A DNA stretch of 64,000 nt from Candidatus Bathyarchaeota archaeon (GTDB lineage: Archaea > Thermoproteota > Bathyarchaeia > TCS64), in assembly GCA_963769425.1 (NCBI GenBank), contig CAVYLP010000001.1:192001-256000 (forward strand), written 5' to 3'. How positions within the stretch are numbered: the first letter of the stretch is position 1; each line of letters starts with the position of its first letter. Positions 49,272 to 59,386 of the stretch are shown here, in pieces. The notes below the pieces were generated by a model, which was not told the DNA's origin, made no database searches, and was given only the letters and a program-made list of their open reading frames with translations. The position numbers and the translations under genes are program-made.

Positions 49272-50120
49272 ATGAGCGAAGAGAAGAAGCCCATCGAGGA
49301 GAAGACGGAAGAGAAGCCAGTCGAGGAGCCGAAGATAGAGGCGCCCGCAGCCGAGGTTAAGACAGAGGAGGCGCCGGCTGAGGCACCCGTCGAGGCTAAG
49401 GAAGAGAAACCCGCTGAGGAGCCCCGCATCGAGGGCGCCGTCAATAAGGGCGACTTCATCCTCATGGAGATGACGGGCAAGGCAGAGGAGACCGGCGAGG
49501 TCTTCGACACCACAAACGAGGAGACAGCCAAGGAGAAGGGCATCCACCGCGAGGGCAACGTCTACGGCCCACGCCTCGTCGTTGTCGGCGAGGGCTGGGT
49601 GCTACGCGGACTCGACGCCCGCTTGCGCGGCACGAAGCCGAACGAGCAGACGGCAATCGAGATTCCGCCAGCCGAGGCATTCGGCGAGCGCGACCCCGCA
49701 CAGGTCCAGCTCATCCCCTTCCGCATACTACGCAGCAAAGGCGTCAACCCGGTACCCGGGGCTGAGCTTGAGATCGATGGCCGACAGGCGGTCATCCGCA
49801 GCGTCGGCGCCGGCCGCGTACAAGTCGACTACAACCACGCGCTCGCGGGGAGGAAGATCATCTACGACGTCAAGGTCACAGAGATCATAACGGAGGAGAA
49901 GGCGAAGGTCAAAGCCCTCATCGGCCGCCGCTTCGTCGGCGTCGACGCCGAGAAGTTCGGCCAGAAGATGGGCAAGAAGAAGATGACCCTCACGGTCCCC
50001 GACGAGATCTTCTTCGGCGAGAACATACAGATCGCCAAGAGGGGCCTCGCCATGGATGTCCTAAAGTTCTTCCCCGAGCTCGAAGACGTCGAGTTCTTGG
50101 AAATCGTTAAGCGCAGCTAA
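49272..50120 (+). CDS. Long-type FKBP peptidyl-prolyl isomerase
   Basis: VFDTT, GEGWVLRGLD, PPAEAFGER, GRVQVDYNH.LAG; Glu/Lys/Pro-rich N-tail; ATG 49272. Confidence 0.92.
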   Translation: MSEEKKPIEEKTEEKPVEEPKIEAPAAEVKTEEAPAEAPVEAKEEKPAEEPRIEGAVNKGDFILMEMTGKAEETGEVFDTTNEETAKEKGIHREGNVYGPRLVVVGEGWVLRGLDARLRGTKPNEQTAIEIPPAEAFGERDPAQVQLIPFRILRSKGVNPVPGAELEIDGRQAVIRSVGAGRVQVDYNHALAGRKIIYDVKVTEIITEEKAKVKALIGRRFVGVDAEKFGQKMGKKKMTLTVPDEIFFGENIQIAKRGLAMDVLKFFPELEDVEFLEIVKRS

Positions 50121-50144
50121 ACTCTCTTTTTCATCGGTGACCTC

Positions 50145-51338
50145 ATGGGCTCCGACTCACTAGTCGTGGGCGCGGGGCCTGCGGGTCTTCTAGCAGCCAA
50201 GCAAATCGCATCAAGTGGCTACTCAGTAAAGATTCTGGAGGAACACAGCCAGGTTGGGATCCCAAGCCATTGCGCGGGCCTAATTAGCATCGAGGGGCTC
50301 AAGCGTATCGGTGTCGTACCGTCGTTTAGCTTCATCCAGAATTCGGTCTACGGGAGCCGAATCTACTCCCCCGACGGTCAGTGCATCGAGATCCGGGACA
50401 AGCGCTCACGCGCACATGTCGTGGACAGGGCTGCCCTCGACCAGCACCTGGCGGAAATGGCCCTCGACGCCGGGGTGGAGCTAGTACTCGGAAAGAGAGT
50501 GGATAGGCTCACACTCACCAATGGTGCTGTAACAGGTGCTTCAGGTGCGGGCTGGGCCGAGGAGGCACGCATCGTCATCGACGCTGAGGGCCCCTCTCGG
50601 CGACTCGCCAAAGCAGCGGGTCTAGCCACTAACAGGCGAGCACCACTCCTCGGTGTGAACACCGAGGTTGAGTGCGAGATCGACCCAGAAATGGTTGAGG
50701 TCTGGTTCAGCGAGGAGACAGCTCCCGGCTTCTTCGCGTGGGTTATACCCACCTCCGACAGACAGGCGAGGGTGGGACTCGCTGCCAGGAACGGCGATCC
50801 AACAAGGCACCTCACTAACTTCATCAAGAAGCGCTTCAACTCAGCCTCCATCCAACCTCCGAGGGTAGGGCAAGTGCTCGTCGACGGTCCCCTAGACAGG
50901 ACATCGTTCCCTGGCATTCTGCTCGTCGGTGACGCAGCTGGGCACGTCAAACCGACGACCGGGGGCGGCGTGGTCCTAGGGGGACTCTGCGCCATCGAAG
51001 CGGGGAAAGCCTCCGCACTAGCCCTCGAATCCGGTACCCTCGACGCCACCTCGTACGACGAGGCGTGGAGGGGGCTCTATGGCTCCGAGTTCAAGAGTAT
51101 GCAAATGATGCGTTCCCTCGCAGACAGGATCTCAGATGAGAGGATGAACAGGTTCTTCGCCGCCTTCAATAAAGCGAAGTTGGGAGAGAGGCTCAACGAC
51201 CTCGTCTCAGAGGGGGACATGGACCTGCAGGATGGGGTGATCAGACGCGCCCTTTCGGAGCCCCGACTTATGCGTGCGGCCATTGGCGGCCTCGGAAGGC
51301 TCGTACTCGCCGAGCTGCGCGAGCTAGTCAACATTTAA
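50145..51338 (+). CDS. Geranylgeranyl reductase family flavoprotein
   Basis: VGAGPAG, P.HCAG, APGFFAWVIP, VGDAAG.VKPTTGGG. Confidence 0.9.
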   Translation: MGSDSLVVGAGPAGLLAAKQIASSGYSVKILEEHSQVGIPSHCAGLISIEGLKRIGVVPSFSFIQNSVYGSRIYSPDGQCIEIRDKRSRAHVVDRAALDQHLAEMALDAGVELVLGKRVDRLTLTNGAVTGASGAGWAEEARIVIDAEGPSRRLAKAAGLATNRRAPLLGVNTEVECEIDPEMVEVWFSEETAPGFFAWVIPTSDRQARVGLAARNGDPTRHLTNFIKKRFNSASIQPPRVGQVLVDGPLDRTSFPGILLVGDAAGHVKPTTGGGVVLGGLCAIEAGKASALALESGTLDATSYDEAWRGLYGSEFKSMQMMRSLADRISDERMNRFFAAFNKAKLGERLNDLVSEGDMDLQDGVIRRALSEPRLMRAAIGGLGRLVLAELRELVNI

Positions 51339-51372
51339 ATATCGAGCCAAGCTTGTATCTGGGCTGATCAGT

Positions 51373-51534
51373 ATGTCCATATGCATCTCTTGTGGCAGGA
51401 AGGTCGCCCCCGGGGAGAAGGCGGTCAAGATGAGCTGCCCCAACTGTGGCGCCGTAACGATCTGGCGCTGCGAGAAGTGCCGCCTCTTCGGCCGCGCATA
51501 CAGGTGCCCCGCCTGTGGATTCCAGGGCCCATAA
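51373..51534 (+). CDS. Zn-ribbon small protein (HVO_2753/DUF1610 family)
   Basis: Not in ORF track. MSICISCGRKVAPGEKAVKMSCPNCGAVTIWRCEKCRLFGRAYRCPACGFQGP. Confidence 0.92.
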   Translation: MSICISCGRKVAPGEKAVKMSCPNCGAVTIWRCEKCRLFGRAYRCPACGFQGP

Positions 51535-51602
51535 ATAGACTAATTTAATTGTAAATACTCCCTCCGGAGGGATGATTTTACCAGAAATCGAATAGCCATT
51601 TC

Positions 51603-51977
51603 TCACTTCATCAGCGGGAGGTTACCTGTTATCTTGTCCAGCTTGTCATTCCGCTCTGGACCCAATCCCAATGCGGTGATGCTGCCCGGTGGCACCTCAG
51701 TGAGCCCCCTGTCCTGTATAACCGAGTAGACGACGTCCAACTTATCCGCCTTCTCCGCGAGCTCCTTGAGCTCCTCCTGGGAGTCGACCTGTAGGGCGAC
51801 CTTCTTGGCGCCCTCGTCGTGCCACTTCCGCCACCCCGCGTGGTTCTGCTGCTTCGCCTTCTCCGAGCAATCGACCGCCGCGTGGCACGCCTGCGCGATC
51901 ATCTTCCCAGTGCTCATCTTGAGGTCGGTGCGGATGACTATGCACATCTTGTACTCGAACTGGCTCTGCCTGCTCAT
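51603..51977 (-). CDS. pth2: Peptidyl-tRNA hydrolase Pth2
   Basis: RTDLKMSTGK.IAQACHA, KKVAL, IQDRGLTEVPPG, DKITG.L.L; ATG overlaps the aspS stop. Confidence 0.95.
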   Translation of the reverse strand: MSRQSQFEYKMCIVIRTDLKMSTGKMIAQACHAAVDCSEKAKQQNHAGWRKWHDEGAKKVALQVDSQEELKELAEKADKLDVVYSVIQDRGLTEVPPGSITALGLGPERNDKLDKITGNLPLMK

Positions 51978-53254
51978 GGTTGGAGCCTCTCCCTGTCCCT
52001 CGGGAACATGCAGCACTCCCTGATGTTATCCTTACCCGTCACTATCATCGTGAGGCGCTCAAGACCGATGCTCCAACCCGCGTGTGGGGGTGCTCCGTAG
52101 GCGAATGCCTCGATGTAGCTCTCGAAGTTCTCCGGGTGCAGTCCCTTCTTACTGATTCTCTCGCGGAGCAGCTCGGGGAGGTGTATGCGCTGCGTCCCAC
52201 TGCTGATCTCGATGCCACCGTAGATGCAGTCGAAGGCGTGCACTACCTCGGGGTTATCCGTGTAGGGCATGGAGTAGAAGGCCTTCTGCGTCGCGGGCCA
52301 GTCCTTGAGGAAGAAGGCTTGCTCCCCGACAAGCTCCATCATTTTCCTTTCCTGGGGCTTCGTGAAGTCGTCCCCCCAGACGATCTGCTCACCCGTCTTC
52401 TGGAGCATCTCGATCGCCTCGGAGTAAGTGACGCGTTTGAAGGGCAGTTTGGGGACCACAAGGTCACGCCCCAACGTTTTCAACTCCTCGGGGCAGTGCT
52501 CCTTCACATCCTCTAGCATGTGGACGAGCACCCTCTCCAGTACCTTCATCACAATCTCGTCGTCGGCAAAGGCCTGCTCGATGTCCATCTGGCGCACCTC
52601 ATTGAGGTGGGTGGGAGTGTTGAACTTCTCCGCCCTCCAGATGGGTGTCACAGTGAAGACCTTCTCGAAACTGATGGCGCACATCTGCTTGTAGAGCTGG
52701 GGGCTCTGGGCGAGGAACGCCTTCTTCTCGAAGTAGGGTAGGCTGAAGAGGTCAGCGCCGCCCTCGGACGCTGACGCGATTATGCACGGTGGCTGAATCT
52801 CGACGTATCCGTTCTCTGTGAGCCAGCCTCTGAAGGTTGAGAGAATCCGGTTCTGTATCGTGAATATGGCACGGGTCTGCGGCGCCCTGAAGTCGAGGAA
52901 GCGCCAGTTGAGCCGAGTCTCCAGTTCGCTCTGGCTAGTCTCCGCTATGTCGACGGGGAGGGGCTGCCTGGACTTGTTGACGACCTCGATTACATCTGGG
53001 AAGAACTCGACGCCCGCGTTGGCGATCTTGCTCTGCTGCGCCATACCTGTGACGGCGATAACGTCCTCCCTGCCGAGGCCCTCCTTCGGGTAGAGGTCGA
53101 GGTTCTTCACCGTGACCTGAATCTCCCCCGTCCTGTCGCGCATCACGATGAACTTGATCTTCGCAAGGTCGCGGGTGCGGACCACCCAGCCAGCTATTGT
53201 GACCTGCTCGCCGACCCTCCGCTTGGCTTCAATGATGTAGACCCTCTCAAACAT
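51974..53254 (-). CDS. aspS: Aspartate--tRNA ligase (archaeal type)
   Basis: OB-fold RDRTG.IQ, SEGGADLF, LAQSPQLYKQM, WRAE, EISSG.QRIH, PPHAG.SIGLER, FPRD. Confidence 0.93.
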   Translation of the reverse strand: MFERVYIIEAKRRVGEQVTIAGWVVRTRDLAKIKFIVMRDRTGEIQVTVKNLDLYPKEGLGREDVIAVTGMAQQSKIANAGVEFFPDVIEVVNKSRQPLPVDIAETSQSELETRLNWRFLDFRAPQTRAIFTIQNRILSTFRGWLTENGYVEIQPPCIIASASEGGADLFSLPYFEKKAFLAQSPQLYKQMCAISFEKVFTVTPIWRAEKFNTPTHLNEVRQMDIEQAFADDEIVMKVLERVLVHMLEDVKEHCPEELKTLGRDLVVPKLPFKRVTYSEAIEMLQKTGEQIVWGDDFTKPQERKMMELVGEQAFFLKDWPATQKAFYSMPYTDNPEVVHAFDCIYGGIEISSGTQRIHLPELLRERISKKGLHPENFESYIEAFAYGAPPHAGWSIGLERLTMIVTGKDNIRECCMFPRDRERLQP

Positions 53255-53315
53255 GAAGGAAACCCCTAAACTACCCTGCTAGGTGAGGGGTGGGTATAAA
53301 AATACTTTCGAGTGG

Positions 53316-53825
53316 CTAGTAGGCGTACTCTACACGCAGGTCCATCTTGCGGACCTTCTTCGCTATCTCTGTTAGGGCCTGTATACGCTTTTTGCTCAGC
53401 CGCTTCGCGCCCCGTGCACCTAGGACGACGCGTGTCTCGGTGCTCCCGTCGGGGAGCCAGATGATGTTGATCGTCACGATCTGCTGTCCCGAGAAGAGGT
53501 CCTCAAGGAACTTTCGGTCGTTCATCCCCGCCTCGATGACGACTACCTTCTTGTTGAGGGCGTCGCCGAGATCGCGTATGGGTTTGGGGTTGGCGTTGAA
53601 CTTCGCTGAGTCGCCCTTGCCGACGACGAGGACTAAAAAGCCCCCAGCGTCGACGACGTTGTCGAGGGTGACGGATTGTAGGAACGGGTTCTGGCCCTCG
53701 TAGCTGATGAGCTTCTTGGCTACTTCCATGTACTCGCTAGATACTGCGCCCGTCTTGATCTTGGTCTGGCACTTCGAGCATAGCATGCCGCTCTTGAGAC
53801 AGAACTCACATAGTTGCGTTTGCAC
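53316..53825 (-). CDS. NusA-like KH-domain protein with N-terminal Zn finger
   Basis: CEFCLKSGMLCSKC, IN.IWLPDGS; located next to alba. Confidence 0.82.
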   Translation of the reverse strand: MQTQLCEFCLKSGMLCSKCQTKIKTGAVSSEYMEVAKKLISYEGQNPFLQSVTLDNVVDAGGFLVLVVGKGDSAKFNANPKPIRDLGDALNKKVVVIEAGMNDRKFLEDLFSGQQIVTINIIWLPDGSTETRVVLGARGAKRLSKKRIQALTEIAKKVRKMDLRVEYAY

Positions 53826-53883
53826 TCAGTGGTCCTCCGGTCATCCGGGGGAGCCGCCGCGAGAGCCTAATCTATACGCGTCT

Positions 53884-54159
53884 TCACGGCTTGAGCACTA
53901 TCTCGATTGTGCTCACGTTTGAAGGCGTTGTGCGCTCCTCGGACTGGACCTGCTCGGTGCCTATCTTGATCTCCTGAACTGTGACACTGGGCATGAACCT
54001 GTTCCTGAGTACCTCCACGACGTCGACAGCCCTGCTGATGGACTGTCCGCGCGCCTTAACTAGTACAATCTCCTGACCGCTCTTGAAGAGTGTCATACAG
54101 GCGAGGACATAGTTGAGGACAGGCTTGCGTCCGATGAATACGGTGTTAGATCTCTCCAC
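53884..54159 (-). CDS. albA: DNA/RNA-binding protein Alba
   Basis: [32 protein letters not shown]. Confidence 0.96.
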   Translation of the reverse strand: MERSNTVFIGRKPVLNYVLACMTLFKSGQEIVLVKARGQSISRAVDVVEVLRNRFMPSVTVQEIKIGTEQVQSEERTTPSNVSTIEIVLKP

Positions 54160-54316
54160 TTTGGACTCCTCCAGACATTCGTTTTCTGTAGGTGTGCTAA
54201 CCTAGTTGTTGTTGGGTTAAAAAGTTATCGGGTTTTAGTGAAAATTGGGCTATTGTGGGGGTAAACTGCTCAATTCGTCTCATTGGGTTTTTTTATGAGC
54301 AGGTCGAGCGCGGCAC

Positions 54317-55013
54317 CTAAGCGTCCTTCCTGTACCTGTCATTCGTCCAGACGTCCGCGGTGTTGCTGTAGTAGCCGCGCTCCCAGAACCCCGGCTTGTC
54401 CCGGGTGGCGAAGGTGATCCTCGTGAGCCACATGGGTGACTTGTAGGCGTACTTCTGGGGGACGACGAGCCTCATCGGCCCCCCCAGCGGCTGGCTGAGG
54501 TCGCCACCGTTCAGCTTGTGGGCGAGAACGATGTCGCTGCCTTGTAGATCCGAGAGAGGGAGACTTGTCGTGTACCCGTCGGCGCACTCGAACAGTGCAT
54601 ACTTCACCCCCGCTCTTCCCTCCTGTAGATCCGACAGGGGGAGGCTTGTTGTGTACCCGTCGGCGCACTCGAACAGCACGTACTCCACTCCCTCCCTCGG
54701 CTTCACCCTTTCTTGTAGGGCGCTGAATAGCACACCGCCCCACCTCTGGGAGAGGACGCTCCAACCCTCCACGCAGTGGAAGTTGCTCACGACCTCGACC
54801 TGCGGGAGGGCCATGAAGTCGTCCCAGTTGAGCTTGAGCGGTGCCTCCACCTCACCGTCGACGACGAGGCTCCACTCCTTCTTGTCGATGATGGGGAGGA
54901 CGGGGGTGATGCCTGGGTGGTCGATGCCCCACCTCAGTATCTCCCTTACTGGGTGCCTGGTCCGGTGGGAGCTCGCCGCGGGGCCCCTCGGGTTTCTTCT
55001 TCCTCCAGAACAA
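54317..55013 (-). CDS. Molybdopterin-dependent oxidoreductase (sulfite oxidase-like); frameshift near 54955 and internal 81-nt duplication
   Basis: LPPDQ, FHCVEGWS, YTTSLPL (twice), GGPMRLVVP..YAYKS..W, GFWE.GY. Confidence 0.85.
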
Positions 55014-55099
55014 CGTCGAGTAATCCCGTTACAATCGGGGGAATTAAACCTGCCCCGGGCCCAGAATGGGTTAAACGCGTGGACCACCAAGGTACCATC

Positions 55100-55754
55100 A
55101 TGGATGAACGGGAGAGAGCTGAGAAGGTCGTAGCCCTGCTGGAGACCGCGCACCCCCTCGAGAAGGGCACGATGCTCCACTGGGAGACGCCCCTACGAGC
55201 TCCTCGTGGCCACGATACTATCAGCCCAGAGCACCGACGAACAGATCAACAAGCTCACCCCCGCCCTCTTCAAGAGGTACAGGACCGCCGCGGACTACGC
55301 CAACGCGGACAGGGTCGAGCTGGAGACCTACGTCAAGTCCTCGGGCTTCTTCCACAGGAAGGCGGAGCTGATACAGGCAGCCACTCGCCAAATAGTCGAT
55401 GACTTCGGCGGGGAGGTCCCCAAGACGATGGATGAGCTCCTCACCCTCAAGGGTGTGGCGAGGAAGACGGCGAACCTCGTTCTGGGGAACGCGTACGGCA
55501 TCGTCGAGGGGATCGCCGTCGACACACACGTGATGCGCCTGAGCCAGCGCCTCGGCTGGTCCAAGGAGAAGGACAGGGACAAGATAGAGAGGGACCTCCT
55601 GGCGCTCATCCCCCGCGATAAGTGGTTCGAGGTAAACTACCTTCTCATAACCCACGGGAGAAAGATCTGCGAGGCACAGAGACCCGACTGCGCCAACTGC
55701 GTCGTAAATAGGCTCTGCCCCTCCGCGTTCACCTTCCCCCACAACCGCAGATGA
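55100..55754 (+). CDS. nth: Endonuclease III (frameshift near 55190)
   Basis: ELLVATILSAQSTD, L.GVARKTAN, VDTHV, HGRKIC....P.C..C.....CP; extra C in GCCCCTAC. Confidence 0.92.
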
Positions 55755-55872
55755 GCCAGTTTCACCCATCAGAGGCCCCCAACTTTCTGCTTTCAGTTTA
55801 TATTAAGGGATTCCGAGATTTTCCACGCCGACGACTACACCCATACTCCCGTAGCCGACGACACCAGCATCA

Positions 55873-55888
55873 GGGGGCGCGAGCCCCC
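55873..55888. terminator. GC hairpin between convergent genes
   Basis: GGGGGC-GCGA-GCCCCC, GNRA loop on the + strand; function unverified. Confidence 0.3.
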
Positions 55889-55901
55889 ACATCCTCAAAA
55901 A

Positions 55902-56423
55902 TTACTTCTTCGCATAGATCTGCTTGTATACCTTGGCCTTGCTCAGGGTCCTCTCACGCTCCTTCGCCATGTACTGGACCGTGACCTCCGTGACCTCGCT
56001 CTTCGGCTCGGCGGGCATGCCGAGGGCGACCATCCTCGGGGGAATGACCTTCCGGGGGCTCACGAGGGCGCCGGAGCCGACCATCGCCCCCTCGCCGATC
56101 TCCGCCCTGTCGAGCACGACGGCCTGAATGCCGATGATTGCGTTGTCCCCGATCTTAGCGCCGTGAACCGTGGCGCCGTGACTCACGATGACGTCCTTCC
56201 CGATGCTGACGGGGTTACCCGTCGGCGCCTCGATGAGGCACCCCTCAAGCACCGTTGTGCGTGCACCTATCACGACCTTGTCGTCGTCCCCCCGTATCAC
56301 AGCGTTCGTCCAGACGTTCACGTCCTCGTCCAAAGTCACATCGCCTATGACCCAGCTCCCAGGGGCCAGGAAGACACTCGGGTGAATCTTCGGCTTCTTG
56401 CCCTCGAACTCGATTACAGACAT
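55902..56423 (-). CDS. Gamma-carbonic anhydrase family (hexapeptide repeat) protein
   Basis: VIGDV, NAVIRGD, SHGATVHGA, G.PA, C-terminal helix. Confidence 0.9.
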   Translation of the reverse strand: MSVIEFEGKKPKIHPSVFLAPGSWVIGDVTLDEDVNVWTNAVIRGDDDKVVIGARTTVLEGCLIEAPTGNPVSIGKDVIVSHGATVHGAKIGDNAIIGIQAVVLDRAEIGEGAMVGSGALVSPRKVIPPRMVALGMPAEPKSEVTEVTVQYMAKERERTLSKAKVYKQIYAKK

Positions 56424-56524
56424 GCTGAGAAAAATGGGGGCAGCCAGTGAAAAAACTACCTACAAATTATGGATGCGCTTGTTGTTCCTAAGGCTTTTAT
56501 CTCGTCCTTCCACCGTATCCCGCG

Positions 56525-56923
56525 GTGAAGGGGATGGACTACAGGAGATACCTAGTCGAGGTTGGAACGGGGATCGACCTACACGGCGAGGACGCGACGA
56601 AGGCGGCCCAGAGGGCCGTGAAGGACGCGATAAGTCACAGCAGCATGATCGGCCTCGGCCAGCTGTTCAAGATCAAGAGTTTCTCCGAGATCGAGGAGGC
56701 ACTCATGGTGGATGTCACTGTTGCGGCACCTGACCCCGAGAAGGTGGACGGCGAGGCAGTCCTCGCGACGCTCCCCGAGGGAAAGAGGCGTATAAACGTC
56801 ATCAAGGGCGGCCTAAAGTTCCCCGCCGACTCGACGAAGGAAGAGGCGAAGACTCACTCGATAGTGATGGTCAACGCCGTCATCGTCGTACTCGTCGACG
56901 TTGATAAGGTCCCGAGAAAGTAA
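56525..56923 (+). CDS. Lin0512 family protein
   Basis: E.GTG.DLHGED.TKAA.RAV.DAI, LP.G, GGL, NAV.V. Confidence 0.88.
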   Translation: MKGMDYRRYLVEVGTGIDLHGEDATKAAQRAVKDAISHSSMIGLGQLFKIKSFSEIEEALMVDVTVAAPDPEKVDGEAVLATLPEGKRRINVIKGGLKFPADSTKEEAKTHSIVMVNAVIVVLVDVDKVPRK

Positions 56924-56927
56924 GGGC

Positions 56928-57281
56928 TTAGAGGGGCTTACCGCACTTCGTGCAGAACTTCGCGTATCGGGTGTTCTCCTGGCCGCAGAACTTGCAGAAT
57001 ACGGGGGCCGACCTCTCTGCGACATTCGTCCTCGCCGTCTTAACATTCTTGTCCACCTCGTGGGCGACATCGCGGAACGTGTCCTGCACAATCTTTACGC
57101 CCTCGTCTATGGCCTTAGAGGCCTTGGTCAGCGCTACGTCCATCTCCTGCCTCCAGTGGGGGTCGGATGCCCAGGGAATAGAGACGTCCTCCTTGACACC
57201 CTTCTCGGTCCTCACGCCACACTTGGGGCAGAAGTTAGCCTCGGCGTCGATCTCCTTGCCACAGTTTGAACAGTAAGTCAA
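56928..57281 (-). CDS. Double zinc-ribbon protein
   Basis: CSNCG..FCPKCG at the N-terminus, CKFCG..FCTKCG at the C-terminus, helical linker. Confidence 0.85.
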   Translation of the reverse strand: MTYCSNCGKEIDAEANFCPKCGVRTEKGVKEDVSIPWASDPHWRQEMDVALTKASKAIDEGVKIVQDTFRDVAHEVDKNVKTARTNVAERSAPVFCKFCGQENTRYAKFCTKCGKPL

Positions 57282-57375
57282 TTTCTACACCTATTCAAGT
57301 TTTGGGAATAAGAGAACTTTAACCTTGCTGGTCGCCTCCGATGGACTTATCCGTCCGAATTTGAAGGTTGAGACA

Positions 57376-58291
57376 ATGGACGAGGTTGACATCGCTCTAA
57401 TCCTCATGCTGCTCACAAACAGCCGCACACCATACCAGGAACTGGCGAAGAGGCTTAACCTGTCCGTCAACGCCGTCCACAAGAGGGTACAGTCACTCAT
57501 CGATGAGGGCGTTATCGCCGGCTTCACAGCGCGCCCCCACCTCGTGGTCCTCGGAGCCATCGACGTCATAATCTACGGAAAATCAGACACTGCGTCCATC
57601 CGAGACACCATGAAGAGGCTCTCGGAGAACGACTCCATCTATTGGGTCGCAGCCGCGAGCGGAAACTACCTCTTCGTCGGCTGCTACTTCCAGAACTTGG
57701 GGGAGCTCGAACACATCGCCGAATACATCCGCGAGAAGGGGAAGATACCAGATCCCAAGGTCGGCATAGTAAACTTGGGGTCGGCCCATACAAGGCACCA
57801 AGGGACGCCCTCGACGAGCTGGACTGGCAGATAATCTACCAACTCAAAGATAACTCGCGGAAGCCGCTAGCGGAGATCGCTGAGGTACTTAACACGTCAG
57901 CGAAGACGGTGAGGCGCCACCTAGATCGGATGATGACAATTACTACATCGACCTCAGCATAAAGTGGTTCCCGGACAAGGGAAACGACATAATCACCATC
58001 TTCCACGTCAAGACAGCGCGACGAGGAGGATCGACCCGGTGGACGTTGCGAAGAAGATACTCACCAAACATCCTCTTCACTATGATCTTCAGCAATCTCC
58101 CCGGGGAGTACCTGCTCGTCACCTGGACGAGGAACATGAAGGAGCTCCGAGACCTAGGCAACAGAATCGAGGGGGAAGAGGGCTTTGACTCGGTGTGGCC
58201 GAACATCCTCTACACCGGGGAGATATACCCGACGTGGCGCGAGAAGATGATAGATGAACTCGGAAGTGTGAGTTCCCTAAAGGTTTCATAA
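57376..58291 (+). CDS. Tandem Lrp/AsnC family regulator (multiple frameshifts)
   Basis: Two HTH modules (NSRTPYQELAK..VHKRV; DNSRKPLAEIAE..VRRHL) spread over several reading frames. Confidence 0.8.
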
Positions 58292-58431
58292 AAGCTCATT
58301 GAGATTTTCTAAGAAAATTTCGATCAATTGGCTTGCTAGAACGTTAAAAATACCCAAAACCCAAATGATTTGGAAAATCAGCATCCTTAACACCGGAGGC
58401 TTACTGAGTACTCAATCTGAAGCGTGAGAAT

Positions 58432-59331
58432 ATGACTGAGTACAGGTACCCCAAGATCCCGGTGATAATCCCGGTCGCGATAGTGATTTTAGTCGTGGTG
58501 GGCGTCTTCGCCCTCCTCTCCGGGGCCAGCGTCGGAGTGGCGACGTCGCCTAGTTGTGGACCCCCTCGGCGGGACGGTGAGCAACCCCGTCGTCGGCCCC
58601 CGCTGGTTCCTGAAGCTCCCATACCAGAGCGTCGTCAAGGTGCCATACTCGACGCAGTACCTCATTCTCAGCGACAGCGATCCTAACGCCGACTTCGCCA
58701 GCCTCATGTGCTTCAGCAGCGAGGGCATCGAGGTGACGACGGACGTCGTAGTCCGCTTCGGAATAGACGTGAATAAGGCCGCCGCCCTCTACCAGAGCTA
58801 CCCCGCGATGAACTGGGAGCTGACGACCATCAACAGCATAACCAGCGAGACGACGAAGGGCATAACGAAGAACTACACGTGGATCGAGATCAAGGACAAG
58901 CGTGTCGAGCTCGCCAACCAGATACAGGGCGCCATAGTGGAGGCGCTCAGCGACGAGCCGAGCCTCAAAGGCGCGATAATCAACATCGAGGTCGACCTGA
59001 AGAACGTCGCCTTCCCGGAGAGGCTCGTCAACGAGCTTCAGGCGACCGTCGCTGCGCAGCAGGCGGTCGTGACGGCGGAGAACCAGAGGAAGAGCGCTAT
59101 CATCCTAGCGAACGCGACGGCGCAGACCGCCCTGATACAGGCGAGGGTGAGGCGAGGGCCCAGATCGCACGCGCGAAGGGCGAGGCCGACGCCATACAGC
59201 AGATAATCGCCGTCGTCGGCCAGGACGGCTGGCAGACCTACTACAACATGCAGAAGCTGAAGGAGATCAGCCCCAACATCGACACTCTGATAGTCGGGAC
59301 GGACGGCAACTTCCTCATCCCGCTAAAGTAA
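58432..59331 (+). CDS. SPFH/prohibitin family membrane protein (frameshifts near 58545 and 59147)
   Basis: N-terminal TM, VDPLGG, S.EG.EV.TDV.VRF, AAQQ..AE..AKGEADA coiled coil. Confidence 0.82.
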
Positions 59332-59386
59332 AAAAATAACGGTTATCTACAGCCACGGAAGTTGGGGAAGCAAACCTCCACCCGCT

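Noticed and set aside
49272-49430. Repetitive Glu/Lys/Pro/Ala-coding DNA
   Set aside because: Low-complexity disordered N-tail of the FKBP protein, not a separate element.
55800-55893. Tiny minus-strand ORF containing GVVGYGSMG (Rossmann-like)
   Set aside because: About 31 codons with no further domain; cannot be distinguished from chance.
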